Program-made: the position numbers and the translations under genes | Part shown: positions 51,447 through 63,855 of the stretch, piece after piece | How positions within the stretch are numbered: position 1 is the stretch's first letter | How the letters are laid out: the number at the start of each line of letters is the position of its first letter | The notes under the pieces: generated by a model | What the model was told of the DNA's origin: nothing | The model's database searches: none | What the model saw: only the letters and a program-made list of their open reading frames with translations | NCBI GenBank assembly: GCA_951406725.2 | Contig: OX597822.1 | Location: 38,688,001-38,752,000 of the forward strand | Length of the DNA: 64,000 nucleotides | Direction: 5' to 3' | Origin: Octopus vulgaris | Taxonomy: Eukaryota

Positions 51447-51755
51447 AACCGTAAACATCTGATATATGGCAGACAGTAACAATACTGGTTTATATGGTAT
51501 ATTGGGTAATAATTATAAGGTATGTTTAATTTGTACATACAGTAACAATATTGGATAATGTTATATACTTGGTGTTACAAATGTATCTATATATTTTATG
51601 AAGTACAGTAATGTTGGCTTCAAATTTTTGGAACAAGGCAAGCAGTTAACCTATTGGTCCCTTCTGCTGAATTGCTAATTTACAAGGACATAAACACACT
51701 AGTACCAGTTGTCAAGCAAGTGTCATGTGTGTGTGTGTGTGTATGTGTGTGTATA

Positions 51756-52998
51756 CAGGGGTTAGATAAAGTAATGGAAACACCTAGCATCATAATTTTG
51801 AAATATCTATAAATCCGTCAAAAGCTTGTTTATTTTTATGTTTTTTGATTTATTATTAGTGTTTCTTAATATGTTTTGCTAAAATTGCTGTTTCTTTTCA
51901 GATATCATAAGAAAAAGGTAATTAAAATTCATTAAAATGACAGAACTATTGGACTTTCATAGAGGTCAAATTGTTGGGGCTCGTATGGCAGGTGCTAGCG
52001 TAATGAACAAAACTGAAGTGTTTGGTGTATCGAGAAGTACTGTCTCGCAAGTAATGACAGCCTATGAGAAAGAGGGAAAACTGCCTCATCAAAACAAAAG
52101 TCTGGAAGAAAACCAAAACTTTCAGATAGGGACCGTCACACTCTTACGCAAATTGTTAGAAAGGATCACAAAAGTACGGCTCCCAAAATTACTGCAGAGC
52201 TTAATGACCACCTCGAGAATCCATTTTCTACAAAACTGTTTGCCAGGAGCTGCAAAAAGCCAGATTTCATGGGAGGGTTGCAATCAGAAAACCACTACTT
52301 TCAAAAATAAACGTTGCAGAGCATTTAGAGTGGAGCAAAAACCTAGAGCAATGGAAGAAAGTTTTCTCAGACAAGTCGTCCTTTACCTTATTTCCGACCA
52401 CTGGCCAAGTATACCTGTGGAGACAGCTAAAAGAAGCATTTGACCCAGACTGCTTTCTTCCAACTGTTAAACATGGAGGAGGATCTGTGATGATAGGGGG
52501 GGGGGGGCTATATCTTGGAAATCTACCGGTCCAATGGTTTCCCTTCCTGGCAGAATTAATAGTAAAGACTATTTAAGCATTTTATCGGATCAAATTCATC
52601 CTATGGTTGTGGAACTGTTTCCAGAGGGAAATGCAATCTATCAGGATGATAATGTACCAATTCACACAGCTAAAGTTGTTACTGAATGGCATGAGGGACA
52701 TTCTAGTGAAGTTGAGCATCTTATCTAGCCACCACAGTCCCCAGATCTCAATATTATTGAACATTTATGGTGCATTTTAGAAAAACAAGTAAGCTGTTGA
52801 TATCCCCCACCATCATCACTACAAGAACGGTATTAGCTGAAGAATGGACAAAAATTCCTTTCGAAACAATGCAAACTTTGTATGAGTCCATACCTCATAG
52901 AATTCAAGCTGTAATTACTGCCAAAGGTGGTCCTACCCCATATTAAAATAAATTTGATCAAAATTTTAAGGTGTTTCCATTATTTTGTCCAACTCCTG
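51756..52998 (+). mobile_element. Full-length decayed Tc1-like transposon, 1243 bp
   Basis: TA on both sides; TIRs CAGGGGTTAGATAAAGTAATGGAAACACCT / AGGTGTTTCCATTATTTTGTCCAACTCCTG. Confidence 0.95.
51937..52946 (+). pseudogene. Tc1-like transposase pseudogene, DD36E spacing
   Basis: HTH start MTELLDFHRGQIVGAR, PTVKHGGGSVMI, YQDDNVPIH..QSPDLNIIEHLW, KGGPTPY*; frameshifts and stops. Confidence 0.92.
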
Positions 52999-53010
52999 TA
53001 TATATATATA

Positions 53011-53160
53011 TGACAAGCTTCTTTCAGTTTCTGTCTACCAAATTCACTCACAAGGCTTTGGTAGGCCCAAGGCTATAGCAGATGACACTTGCCCAAGGTG
53101 CCACCCAGTGGGACTGAACCCAGAACCATGTGGTTGGGAAGTAAACTTCTTATCACACAA
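53011..53160 (-). mobile_element. 5' half of a family A SINE whose 3' part lies at about 51651-51720
   Basis: Collinear halves on either side of the Tc1 element. Confidence 0.8.
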
Positions 53161-53258
53161 GGTTTTTAATTTAGCTTACTTGAAAGCAGAGAGTTAGTAT
53201 CATAGAACCAAGGATGGTCTCAGGAGGACTGGTGAGTGTAATTTTAGAGAAATTATCC

Positions 53259-53356
53259 TGTCTCATTGGGGAGTAATGATAAAAGCGACCATGGGTTTTT
53301 GTTTTTTTGTCTCATTGGGGAGTAATGATAAAAGCGACCATGGGTTTTTGTTTTTT
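53259..53356. repeat. Tandem duplication, 2 x 49 bp
   Basis: TGTCTCATTGGGGAGTAATGATAAAAGCGACCATGGGTTTTTGTTTTTT twice. Confidence 0.95.
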
Positions 53357-53607
53357 TTTTTCTATTTGGCTTCCCTTTTTGAAATTTTAAAATTAAGTGA
53401 AATCATAGTCATGAGCATTGCTGGTGTGCGATGTAAATGGCACCTGTGCCAGTGGCAGATAAAAAGCACCCATTATGCTCTTAGATTGATTGGCATTGGG
53501 AAGGAATTCAACCACAGAAACCATGCCAAATCAGACTGGAACCTGGTGCAGGCCTCCAGCTTCCCGGCTCCAGTCAAACAGTTTTCCAACATGGAAAATG
53601 GACGATA

Positions 53608-53646
<39 letters not shown>

Positions 53647-54575
53647 AATGAAGTGGAAATTTTCAAATTTGGTGTATCGATGTATTTTTCACACTGAATC
53701 TAAAACTACATCAATACACCAAATTTGAAATCAATTGGAACAAAATTGAAAGAATTGAAAAGTGAAAGCCAAACAAAAAAAGATCTGAGACCACCACAAG
53801 CCATGACATGTACCATCAATAGGACCCATCAAAACTTATAATTTGAAAATCTTTCATAAACAACAACACTAAAGTCTACTGTTGAATGCATTGGATCTTA
53901 ATCAATATCACCATAGCAACTAGTCTCTCCTCTTTCACAATGACGCGCAAAAGAAAAAAAAAGAACCTGAAGACAGGAGAAGGATAAAGAAAAAGAAGGA
54001 TGGTAAAGAAGAAAAAAACTGAAGACTGGAAAGTGATCTGACTGGCACTGTTGATGGTGGTGATGGTGGTGGTGGTGGTGGTGCCGGTGGTGGTGTTAGT
54101 GATGGAGGTGGTGATGGTGATGGTGTCAATATTGCAGCATTGAACAGCTCTAACAGACAACAGTGGTGGCAGCAGTGGTGGTGACACAGCAGGTTTGTAG
54201 GAAGAAAAAAAAAGGGGGGGGTAACAGGTGGTGTGTTAGACAGTAGGGGGGACTGGGGTGGTGTTGGCGATGGTGAATGTGTGTGTGAGCTTGGGGTGGT
54301 GTCTATACAAGGTTACTGGATTTATTGGGGCATAAAAGTAAATGAAGGAAGCAAAGGTAGATAGGCCAGACTGCGAGCGAGAGGGGGGGAGGGTGCTTGG
54401 GAATTACTCTATGGTGGCGGTGGGGGAGAGACAATGTAGAACAACCAGAATGTAGTGGCGGGGGGGGGGGGGGGGGTGCAGAGGTTGCAGTGGCTTAAAA
54501 GTGCTGTATTGAGAAGTGAGATAAATGACAGAAGAAACAAGGAAAATGAGAGAGAGAGAGAGACAGAGATAGAGA

Positions 54576-54658
54576 GGTGGAGAGGAGAATAGGTAGAGGA
54601 AGGAGGAGGGAGCAAGAAGGTGGAGAGGAGAATAGGTAGAGGAAGGAGGAGGGAGCAG
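54576..54658. repeat. Purine-rich tandem duplication, 2 x about 42 bp
   Basis: GGTGGAGAGGAGAATAGGTAGAGGAAGGAGGAGGGAGCA twice. Confidence 0.9.
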
Positions 54659-55038
54659 GAGAGAGGGAGGTGAGATGGAGAGAGGAACAAGTGGAAATTT
54701 GAACTTTCTGACCCCAACACTGGAATACAAAAACGTTATCCACACACACACACACACACATGCATGCACGTACACACACACACACATGCATGCACGTACA
54801 CACGCACACAAGGTGACTAATCCTTGTTTTTAATCCAGAGTTCAATTTAAGATGAATTGCACAGAAATGCACATAAATATCTCTGTGTGTGTGTGTGTGT
54901 GTTTGTATGTGTAGTGTTCCAGTATAGCTTTACTTATACTGGCTAAAACAAACAGAACATATATGTATGCAAACACGTGTGTGTGTTGATGGAGTAATCT
55001 ACTGAGTTATTAGAATACATGTTTTAAGTCATGAAAAA

Positions 55039-55207
55039 GGTGCAGGTTTGGCTGTGTGGTAAGAAGCTTGCTTCTCAGTCACACAGTTCAGGGTTCAGCC
55101 CCACTGCCTGGCACCTTGGGCAAGTGTCTTCTACTATTGCGTCGGGCCAACCAAAGCCTTGTGAATGGATTTGGGAAACAGAAACTGAAAGAAGCCTGTC
55201 ATATATA

Positions 55208-55254
<47 letters not shown>

Positions 55255-55300
55255 AGGTGTGTTTGTCTCCACTACCATTTGACAACTAGTGTTGATGTGT
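55039..55300 (+). mobile_element. Family A SINE, 3' truncated
   Basis: Head and microsatellite present. Confidence 0.85.
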
Positions 55301-55589
55301 GTTTAAACAGAGTTTATATCATTTGTTCCCTATGGCTATTCGCATTTTCTGCTGTGAGTGTGCATCATGCATTTGGATGCAGATCCATGACGGTTCTTCA
55401 GGGGAACACTTTATTACTTAATGGTAACACAGAACAAATCCTGTGTTTGTTCTGTGTTTACGTAATATAATGAAATGGTGCTATCTGAAACAATGGTACC
55501 ACTGTAAACCTTAGAACTAAAATGAAAATGTACTTCACCTTCAAACTGTTTTGAATTCTTAATTGTATGACTGGTCTTCTTAGTTTTCC

Positions 55590-55624
<35 letters not shown>

Positions 55625-55689
55625 GTAAGAAGTTTGCTTCTTAGCCACATGGAACTAAGTTCTATCTCAGTGCATGGTACCTTGGTCAA

Positions 55690-56080
55690 ATCATCATCAT
55701 CATCATCATCGTTTAATGTCCACTTTCCATGCTGGCATGGGTTGGACGGTTTGACTGAGGACTGGCAAGCCAGTAGGCTGCATCAGGCTCCAATCTGATC
55801 TGGCAATGTTTCTACAGCTGGATGCCCTTCCTAATGCCAACCACTCCGAGAGTGTAGTGGGTGCTTTTTATGTGCCACTGGCACGGGAGCCAGTAAGATG
55901 TCACTGGCATCAACCACGTTCAGATGGTGCTGTTTATGTGCTACCGGCACAGGAGCCAGTCAGCGCAGGGAGGGGGGCTGACATCGACCACGTTTGGATG
56001 GTGCTTTTTATGTGCCACCAGCACGGGAGCCAGTAAGATGTCACTGGCATCAACCACGTTCAGATGGTGCTGTTTATGTA
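55690..56080 (-). mobile_element. Family B retroposon with four internal modules
   Basis: (CAT)n tail at left; 55881-55939 identical to 56021-56079. Confidence 0.9.
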
Positions 56081-56934
56081 CCATGCATCATCTCATAGCT
56101 TTGGGATTTCAATGATGTGATAGCTTATTTTCAGGGGCCAGATCTGATCAGTTTGGATATAAAACAGGTAGAATATTTGTGCTGGAAATGGCAGGTTTAA
56201 ACACTAAAACGTTAAATTAACAACTTATATAACTCTATTATATAACTTGATTACTTTTTTTTATGCCATGTTTGTCTGCTGGAATATACGCTATTCTTTG
56301 GTTCTTTTATTCTTTTACTTGTTTCAGTCATTTGATTGTGGCCAAACTTGAGGGGTTTCAGTTGAACAAATTACCCTTAGGACTTACTTTATAAGTCTCT
56401 TTTACTGAACTACTAAGTTATGGGGACCTAAACACTGTTTTTCTCACATATGGTGTCCAACTGACCCTACTGTACTGTGTAGTCGACAAAATCAAAAACG
56501 AGCAATGCACATGCATGAAATTAAAGATATAAAATGGCGACAATTTACTGCTAGTCACTAAACCTTTTTTTATTTTCTCTCTCTGCTTATTTCTGTGTTC
56601 CATTCTGTCGAAGAGCAAAGGCTTGAAACGTTAAAGACTTCCAATAATACATCTGTTTGTTGTTTACACACCTTTCTTCATCTTTTGTTTTGTTTTTTTT
56701 TTTGTAAATTCTAACTATATATATATATATACACATAAAGGGTGAAATATAATTAATTTAATAAAATTAATAAATTTCACCTAGTAGTATTTTCAGTATG
56801 GAAATGACCATATTCAGTAAGGATTATATATAATTATAATAAAGGGTTAATTGCAACAACTTGCTCAAAACCACATACCGAAAATATTAGAAATAGCAGC
56901 CAAATAGGTCACCATTACTACTACTAGAAAGTTG

Positions 56935-57009
<75 letters not shown>

Positions 57010-57419
57010 TGTGTACAGTGCTCAGGTGCACTACAACTCATCTAAAGTGTATATATAATCAGGTGTAGTTTCGGCGGATTGTGTCGAAGAGCAAAGGCTT
57101 GAAACGTTAAAGACTTCCAATAATACATCTGTTTTCATGCTTAGCAACTCCTACCTGTGTTGTTTTTTTTGTAGGCATGTCCACGTGTGTTAGACACATA
57201 ATCAAAAAGGTGTTCAGTAGGTGGTTGATAACCTTAAAATATGCTTTCAGTAAGATTAATAATGTTAATAGGGTTAATTGATCAATTCCAAGTACCATAG
57301 AAATAGCAGCCAAATAGGTCACCATTACTACTACTAGAAAGTTGGACGTACGTACGTACACACACACACACACATACATACATACATACAGAGAGAGAGA
57401 AGAACAGTCAATCATGAAA

Positions 57420-57860
57420 GACTAAATTCTTACTCAGAAACTAAAGTATCCAAAGTGTCTCCATAAAATAGGTGACAAAATTCGCATATACACATGGATT
57501 TGTATATTGAAGAAAGTGAACAAACAAACCACTTGAAGACAGTTTAAATTAAAGGTGTTCTTCAAGGATCTAAAGAATGCTTACAAACAACTGCAGCTCT
57601 GGGACAAGAATTGGCTTGTTCTGAATAACATTTCAGACCTGTATGTAAATCTCAAACTAAATTCATTATCTCTCTTTCTGTTTATACACTGCTAACGAGC
57701 TACAAATAATTACGACTTCATTATACACCTTCCCTATTCTTTCTTTCTCTTTCTGAAAAGTTAATAATTTGATTTAATTTAATGCAAAGTTTGATAGGGC
57801 CCTCAGTTCTTGATTATATTGCACTGATGAGACGTAACTAAATCGAAATAGTAGTTATAT
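57420..57860 (+). mobile_element. Possible decayed Penelope-like 3' region
   Basis: Peptide traces QFKLKVFFK and HFRP loosely resemble GIY-YIG C-termini; followed by CTGATGAGA..TCGAAA at 57824-57848. Weak. Confidence 0.35.
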
Positions 57861-58055
57861 ATGAATGTCAAGGTTTCTATGAATGAAAGCATAATGAGGA
57901 GAAGAAAGAAAAATCTACCAAACAATGCATAAAGATCATACAGTTCATTCATTTCACTTCACTAACAGAAAAATAAAAAAATATAAAATGAAATAAAATA
58001 TGGATTCTTGGCAAGACTATTCCCTCTCTTACTATTAGAGAAGAACAACCAAACA

Positions 58056-58092
<37 letters not shown>

Positions 58093-58168
58093 ATAAAAAT
58101 GAGAAAGCCAAAGTAGATGTTAGAGGAAATTTAGGAAAATGTATACTACTACTGCTGCTGCTGCTACA

Positions 58169-58199
<31 letters not shown>

Positions 58200-59097
58200 A
58201 TTTATTTTTTAAAGTAGGCATCACAGACAACACAAGTGAGTGTGTTTTGGAAAGGTGCTGATATTGTAGGGGTGATGGTGGTGGTGGTAGTATGTGCAGG
58301 CTGTGAAGAGAAAATCCATGTTTTTAAAAAGACATACATGCATGCATTTCACATGCACACACACACGCATACACACACATGCATGCGTGTGCGCAGGTCT
58401 AAATTTAGATGTTTTGCCAAAAACTGTGGTTTCTCTTTGAGTAACTTTGAGTGTTATGTGAAAGGTAGAGATTCAAGGTTTTCTCTTTCAAATTTCCTGG
58501 AGAAAAAAATATCTACTGATGCAGATGGAGATGGTAGAGGTAGGAGGTTCCTACTAAAAATATTCTAAAACTACATGGTAAATATGTGTGTATATATCTA
58601 TATATGAACATACATATATACACATGCACAAACACATTCTTATACACATTTATATATACATGAATGCATATACATACATACACACATTTCTATATACATT
58701 TATGCATATGTCTACATATACATACACACATACACATGTATATACATATATCTCTAAACAAACATATACACACACACACACAGACACGTATACATATGCA
58801 TGCTCTTATAAATACATACACATACATAAATATATCATTGTTAAACTGTCATATGTCCAAATGTGGCCAAATGCGGTTTTTTCAAAATTTATTTTTACTT
58901 GCAATAGCCAATTCTTTTGGTCAAATAATCGTACCACCAGCTGCTTCAAATGCCAAGATATCAAAAAATTGTCAAAGTGTAGTACAACGGTTTTGCTATG
59001 GAATGGTGAAACTATTTTTTGCTTTCTGAAAAAGCAACGCTTTGGACTTACAACACTTTTGCATAATAGCAATGATATATATATATATATATATACA

Positions 59098-60576
59098 CAG
59101 GGTGCGTAAGATATTTGAGGACAGATTTATGTTTATAAAAAACCATATATAATAACAGATAATAGCTTATTTATCAAAGAATGCTATGAGGATAGAAATG
59201 AACCTTTTTTCTATAATGTTATTCAATAAAGCCACCCTCAGCTTCAACAACTGCTTCTATATGAGATCTAAATCATCTACATGCTCGAATTAAGTGGTCC
59301 TGGTTCATTTTGGACATTACTCTGACTATAGCAGCTTTCAAAGAATCTTTGGTGTTACGGGCGTGTTCATTGACCTCTTTCTCAACAACACTCCACATGT
59401 AATAGTCCAATGGATTGAGATCTGGGGAATTAGGAAGTCAAATGTTAGGGGTTATGTGATCATGAAAATTTTCAACCATCCATTTCTGTGTTACTAGAGC
59501 CATGTGTGATAGTACAAAGTCTTACTGAAACACACATAGCCTTCCATTGCATACAATTTCTATCCAGGCCTTAGCAATTATTTCCAGGACTTCAATGTAG
59601 ATGTTAGAGTTAACTCTAAGGCCTTGTGGAAAGAAGTAAGGAGGCATCACATACCCTTCATTGCTGACAGCCCCTAAAACCATGACAGTTGCAGGAAATT
59701 TTGTATGCATAACACTTGGAACTTCAGAAGGGTCTGCACATAATCATCTGTTATTTGTTCTGTTAACTTATGGATCTTGGTTGAAGTTTTTCTCATTTGA
59801 GAAAAACCAAATCAAATCTTCTGTTGGATTTTTCAGTTTGTTTAAGAGCCTTTTAGATCTGATGTAGTGATTTTCTTTTTTTTTCTTTTTGTAACAAATA
59901 GATCTTTCCTCATCATATAAGACTTATATCTGATGTCTTCATGGACAACATTTCTGACACATGGAGATCTTTTGCAATTGATCTCATGGACTTCCTGGGA
60001 TTGTAATCAATGGTCTATTGAACTTGCTGTAAAAATGCAGGTGTTCTGATGATTTCAGTATTTATAAAGCTTATCATGCTTTGATACTGGTGTCTCTAGC
60101 TTTGATACTGGAGTCTCTAGCTCCTTACAAACTTTGTAGACGAAAGATTTGGCAACTTTTAAAAATCAAGATATTTCTAAATCTCTATACTCAGCATTTA
60201 TAACCACAATAACAGCATGCCTCTAAAGCAGTGAGCTGGCAGAAATGTTAGCACGCCAGGCGAAGTCCTTAGCAGTATTTCATCTGTGTTTGTGTTCTGA
60301 GTTCAAATTCCGCCGAGGTTGACTTAGCCTTTCATCCTTTTGGGGTCAATAAATTAAAAACCAGTTGCATACTGGGGTCGGTCTAATCGACTGGCCCCCT
60401 TCCCCAAAATTTCAGGCCTTGTACCTAGAGTAGAAAAGAATAACAGCATGCTTCTTAATTTCTTGAGTAAGCTGAGGGTCTGCCATTATTATTTTCTGAA
60501 ACAAAAGTTATACAGAGTCAGCAAAAAATGCAGCAATGACCCCAAAAAGGTATGTCCTCAAATACCTTAAGCACCT
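59098..60576 (-). mobile_element. Full-length decayed maT (DD37D) transposon
   Basis: TIRs CAGGGTGCGTAAGATATTTGAGGACA / TGTCCTCAAATACCTTAAGCACCTTG; minus frames MADPQLTQEIKKHAVI, KFPATVMVLGAVSNEG, FQ*D-(37 aa)-D ending NSPDLNPLDY. Confidence 0.92.
60225..60438 (+). mobile_element. Family E SINE nested in the maT transposase
   Basis: TSD AATAACAGCATGC(C/T)TCT at 60208-60224 and 60439-60455. Confidence 0.92.
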
Positions 60577-60618
60577 TGTGTGTGTGTGTGTGTGTGTGTC
60601 TGTGTGTGTGTATATATT

Positions 60619-60820
60619 TGTGTCTAGGGAGAGTCATTCTCTTTTGGTGCCTTATAATTTAACACACTCACTGGTAAAATTTCCACTTTTTTTATATTTT
60701 ATAAAAAATAAAAAATAAATAAGGCACCAAAAGAGAATGACTCTCCCGAGACACAACAGGATATGCTTCAACACACGAACTCACATAAAGAATCTTGCAA
60801 TCCAAATCCCAAAACGAAAT
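60619..60820. repeat. Fold-back element, family G
   Basis: TGTGTCTAGGGAGAGTCATTCTCTTTTGGTGCCTTAT complementary to ATAAGGCACCAAAAGAGAATGACTCTCCCGAGACACA. Confidence 0.85.
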
Positions 60821-61027
60821 ATATATATATATATGCACCTGTTTGGGCAACATTGAATTGATGGAGAGAGTGAGCTAAGGTTCAGCACATATTCGATCAC
60901 CATAAACAAATCGTTTGTGCAGGTTGTTCACCAAACAAGAAACTGCAGAACTGTCTTTCTCAGATCATGAGAGACTACCATCATCATCATCATCATCATC
61001 ATCATATATATATATATATATATATAT

Positions 61028-61244
61028 ATGAGGGGTTGCTGAAATGTTCCTGGCATTAAGGGTATCATAAAAGGCCTGGATGGAGGCCCAACCTTTCCAG
61101 TTCTAGTACAAGGCTTAGAAAAACTGAAGGGCCACTGCAATAAGTGTCGATCTGAGCGGGGAGGATGTTGACTAAGATCATAATTAACTGATCCTCCTGT
61201 ATTTTCTTTTACCCAAAACCAAGAAATTTTCGGCATCCCTTCAT
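61028..61244 (+). mobile_element. Mariner-derived MITE
   Basis: TIRs GAGGGGTTGCTGAAATGTTCCTGG / CCAAGAAATTTTCGGCATCCCTTC; internal [12 protein letters not shown] resembles a mariner C-terminus. Confidence 0.75.
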
Positions 61245-61255
61245 GTATATACATG

Positions 61256-61316
<61 letters not shown>

Positions 61317-61318
61317 TT

Positions 61319-61374
<56 letters not shown>

Positions 61375-61410
61375 TATATACACAAACACACACACACACA
61401 TATATATACA

Positions 61411-61617
61411 CTTTTACTCTTTTACTTGTTTCAGTCATTTGACTGTGGCCATGCTGGAGCACTGCCTTTAGTCGAGCAAATCAACCCTAGGACTTATTCT
61501 TTGTAAGTCTAGTACTTATTCTATTGGTCTCTTTTGCTGAACTGCTAAGTTACGGGGACATAGACACACCAGCATCGATTGTCTAGTGATGTTGGGAGGA
61601 CAAGCACAGACAAACAA

Positions 61618-61677
<60 letters not shown>

Positions 61678-61840
61678 TCGATGGGCCTCTTTCAGTTTCC
61701 ATCTACCTAATCCACTCACAAGGCTTTCGTTGGCCCGAGACTATAGTAGAAGACACTTGCCCAAGGTGCCATGTAGTGGAACCAAACCTGGAACCATTTG
61801 GTTGGTAAGCAAGCTACTTACCACACAGCTATTCCTACAT
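61411..61840 (-). mobile_element. Family A SINE
   Basis: Close match to 796-1190. Confidence 0.92.
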
Positions 61841-61962
61841 ATATATATATATATATTTCAGAGATGTTCTTTCCAGGCAAGCGATTTGATCAGGGACTAG
61901 GTATTGACCCTAAAACTGTACCATTACCGCATGAAAGACTGGCAGACACATATTAGATACAA

Positions 61963-62165
61963 ACTTTGGTACAAGGCCAGCAATTTCAGGAGATGGGGTA
62001 AGTCATTTATATCAACCCCAGTGTTCAATTGGTACTTATTTTATTGACCCCAGAAGGATGAAAGGTTAAGTCGACCTCGGTGGCATTTGAACCCTGAATG
62101 AAAAATCAGATGAAATGCTGCCAAGCATTTTTTCGGTGCAGTAATGATTCTGCCAGCTTACCACA
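61963..62165 (-). mobile_element. Family E SINE
   Basis: Body matches family E. Confidence 0.82.
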
Positions 62166-62417
62166 TTATGGAAGACATATATTAGCTGTTCAAAAACACA
62201 TAAAATCTGCAGTAGAACCTATTAGTAACCAGGTTGCAATTGGTGCAGTGGAAATCTTGATACCAAATAATAAATGTTTAAGTGAAGTTAACAGATTTTG
62301 TGTTTTTGAATGGTTAATATGTCTTGTACACCGTAACTGTATGTGTGTGTGTGTGTATAGGAATATATTACACAATTTATGCCAACAGAGGAAGCTGTTG
62401 AAGTAGTGATCTCTCTT

Positions 62418-62488
<71 letters not shown>

Positions 62489-63113
62489 CACACACACATA
62501 TGCACACACAAATATAGAGTTTCTTAAATTGCCAAAATCCAGTGCAAATTGGCAGCTGAAAGGTGTATTTAGCAACACTAACAAGAACAACATAAGCAGC
62601 AATTACATTGGTGGCTTGGCTTGCTAGAAATAACAACTAAATCTCCCACAAATCAAAGCCTATGACATAAAAAACAGGAAGGATATGTTGGTGAGTGTAG
62701 TCTTTATAATAAATGTTACAATATGGGGTCAGAAGACGAGCCCTTAAATCTGCTCATAGGGAAGCAGACCTGGGGATAAAACAGTAACAACATCCAATAT
62801 ATAAAGTATTATCATAGGAAGGATGTTCCACCTTAAATCTGCTATTAATTCATGTTTTAAGGGTGGTTGTGTATGTGGGCTTGTGTGCATGTGTGTGAAT
62901 ATGTGTGTGAGTGAGAGAGATCACCCTAGTGATTGTATACATATGTGTTAATGTGTGTGTGTGTTTGTGTGTGTGTACAACTACAATATGTAATCCATGA
63001 AAAGGTGGGTGAAACTCAATACAGATTTGGTACAGTAGTTAGTAGAATATCAAAGAGAGAGAGACAGACAGATAGACAGACAGAAAATGGAGGCTAACAG
63101 ATACACACACTAT

Positions 63114-63330
63114 ATTCTTTTCTACTCTAGGCACAAGGCTTGAAATTTTGGGGGAGGAGGTCAGTCGACTAGACCAATCCGAGTACGCAACTGCTACTTA
63201 ACTTATCGACCCCTGAAAGGCTGAAAGGCAAAGTCGACCTTGGCGGAGTTTGAACTCAGAACATAAAGACAGATGAAATACCACTAAGCATTTCACCCGG
63301 TGTGCTAACGTTTCTGCCAGCTCACCGCCT
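63114..63330 (-). mobile_element. Family E SINE
   Basis: Close match to 33810-34024. Confidence 0.9.
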
Positions 63331-63537
63331 TACACACACACACACACTATATTGCTAATTAAAGAGATTAGGTGATTGCATTAGGAAGTGATGGTTCTCC
63401 ACTTGGGATATTACCATATTTTATACACTCATAAAACCATTATTTTTCATTGAATTTCTTTTGATTTCTCTGCCTACTTCACCTACTTTTTGTAATGTCC
63501 CTTACGCTGCCATTTTTGAGGCAATAATAAATGTAAT

Positions 63538-63855
63538 CAGGTGTCGCCCTTTGGTAAGAAGTTTGCTTCTCAACCACATGGTTCTGGGTTCAGTCCCACC
63601 ATGTGACACCTTGGGCAACTGTCTTCTACAATAGCCTTAGGCTGTCCAAAGCCTTGTGAGTAGATTTGGTGGATGGAAACTAAAAGAAGCACCTCAAGTA
63701 TGTGTGTGTGTGTGTGTGTTTGTCTCCCACCCACCACTTGACAACCAGTGTCGGTGTGTTTACATCCCTGTATCTTAGTGATTTAACAAAAGAGATGTAA
63801 TAGAATAAGTATACACACACACACACACACACACACATTAGGGTGGAGCACCAGT
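63538..63855 (+). mobile_element. Family A SINE, diverged
   Basis: Head and body recognisable. Confidence 0.8.
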
